Source of the DNA: an uncultured virus (IMG/VR IMGVR_UViG_3300044653_000122)
Lineage: Duplodnaviria > Heunggongvirae > Uroviricota > Caudoviricetes
Direction: 5' to 3' (one strand)
DNA length: 64,000 bases
IMG/VR virus record: IMGVR_UViG_3300044653_000122
This document shows positions 63,485-64,000 of the stretch, piece by piece. Position 1 is the stretch's first letter. Each line of letters starts with the position of its first letter. The notes beneath the pieces were generated by a model. It searched no databases. It was given only the letters and a program-made list of their open reading frames with translations, and was not told the DNA's origin. The position numbers and the translations under genes were made by a program.

Positions 63485-63506
63485 TCCGGCCCACCCGGAG
63501 CTGTAG
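63481..63506 (+). promoter_or_regulatory. Class-1 motif
   Basis: TTGATC-N15-TGTAG-N7-ATG; its TGA is the alkB stop. Confidence 0.85.
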
Positions 63507-63513
63507 AACCCCC

Positions 63514-63900
63514 ATGCACTACAACCTCAAGCTCAGCCTCCGTCAAGTCGTCATCGTCATCAAGGCCCTGGAGTTTTACTCCCGGACCCAGATCGGCCAG
63601 TTCGAGGAGGTTCTCACGGTCGCCGACCCCGCTGCCCGCAAAGACCCGGACCTTCGGGATCGGTGCCGACGGTACCTTCAGGGCGCCAAGGCCGTCCTGC
63701 TCGGCTTCGGCCGCGATCAGTCCTACGGGATCACGAGTGAGGAGGTTCCCGACTCCGCCCGGGTCGCCCGCGACATCCACGATGTCCTCCAGCAGAAGAT
63801 CGCCTTCGCCGAGAAGCCGGAAGGCGGCCCCGAGTGGTGGTTCCGCCCCATCGAGCAGCTCGGCAAGGAGCCCCTTCCGACTGTGACGGAGACCAAATGA
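63514..63900 (+). CDS. Hypothetical protein (predicted leaderless)
   Basis: ALEFYSR..IGQF, SYGI, A.DIH.V. Confidence 0.75.
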   Translation: MHYNLKLSLRQVVIVIKALEFYSRTQIGQFEEVLTVADPAARKDPDLRDRCRRYLQGAKAVLLGFGRDQSYGITSEEVPDSARVARDIHDVLQQKIAFAEKPEGGPEWWFRPIEQLGKEPLPTVTETK

Positions 63901-64000
63901 TTACCACGATCTTCGCAAACCCGCTGGACCTCTTCGCTGCCCATTGCGGCGTCGTCAAGAAGTGGGGCCTCATGATCAGCTTCCCCCTCCCCCAGACGGA
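63897..64000 (+). CDS. Partial CDS running off the window
   Basis: ATGA overlap; open to the end of the window. Confidence 0.5.
   Translation, partial: MITTIFANPLDLFAAHCGVVKKWGLMISFPLPQT

Noticed and set aside
17653..63506. Class-1 repeats as a CRISPR array or integron attC sites
   Set aside because: Copies are separated by whole genes at irregular distances, lack attC-type palindromic R/L boxes, and no cas or integrase gene was recognised.
26201..63513. Many track ORFs begin M-I-x5-C-R-x-x-M, resembling a shared N-terminal peptide tag
   Set aside because: An artefact of the DNA motif: TTG lies 33 nt (in frame) before the true ATG. Conservation is at nucleotide level with no synonymous variation, and copies with 6 or 8 nt spacing break the frame.
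1..64000. tRNA or rRNA genes
   Set aside because: No cloverleaf with T-loop and acceptor stem, or rRNA-like tract, was recognised in the few intergenic gaps. tRNAscan-SE or Aragorn would be needed to be certain.

Overview
A 64 kb, GC-rich, gene-dense segment that looks like part of a large (jumbo-type) bacteriophage genome. No rRNA, tRNA, CRISPR array, integrase or capsid gene was recognised. Bases 1-7.7 kb carry putative virion genes: a >1,320 aa tail-fibre-like protein and three tandem paralogues. The rest is about 110 mostly small accessory genes on both strands. Those recognisable by motif include PyrE, thymidine kinase, HAD phosphatases, a Nudix hydrolase, an ATP-grasp protein, a CX5R phosphatase, an ADP-ribosylglycohydrolase, two RelA/SpoT-type HD hydrolases, a cyclic-phosphate receiver domain, an RNA ligase, AlkB, DUF262, a GHKL ATPase, a CoaB-aldolase fusion, a multiubiquitin-domain protein and an internally deleted TnpB. 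The most striking signal is regulatory. TTGATC-N15-(T/A/C)GTA(G/A/T/C) occurs 31 times with an invariant 15-nt spacer. In 22 copies the ATG lies exactly 7 nt after the motif, consistent with leaderless one-promoter-per-gene units. In 10 copies the TGA inside the motif is the stop codon of the upstream gene. A second motif (GGTGTA, start codon mostly 8-9 nt after its TGTAN) and a few canonical sigma70 promoters suggest three promoter classes. Also notable: two candidate structured RNAs, an SD-sequestering switch upstream of the GHKL operon, and a G9 homopolymer frameshift. All functional calls come from reading motifs by eye; no database search was run.
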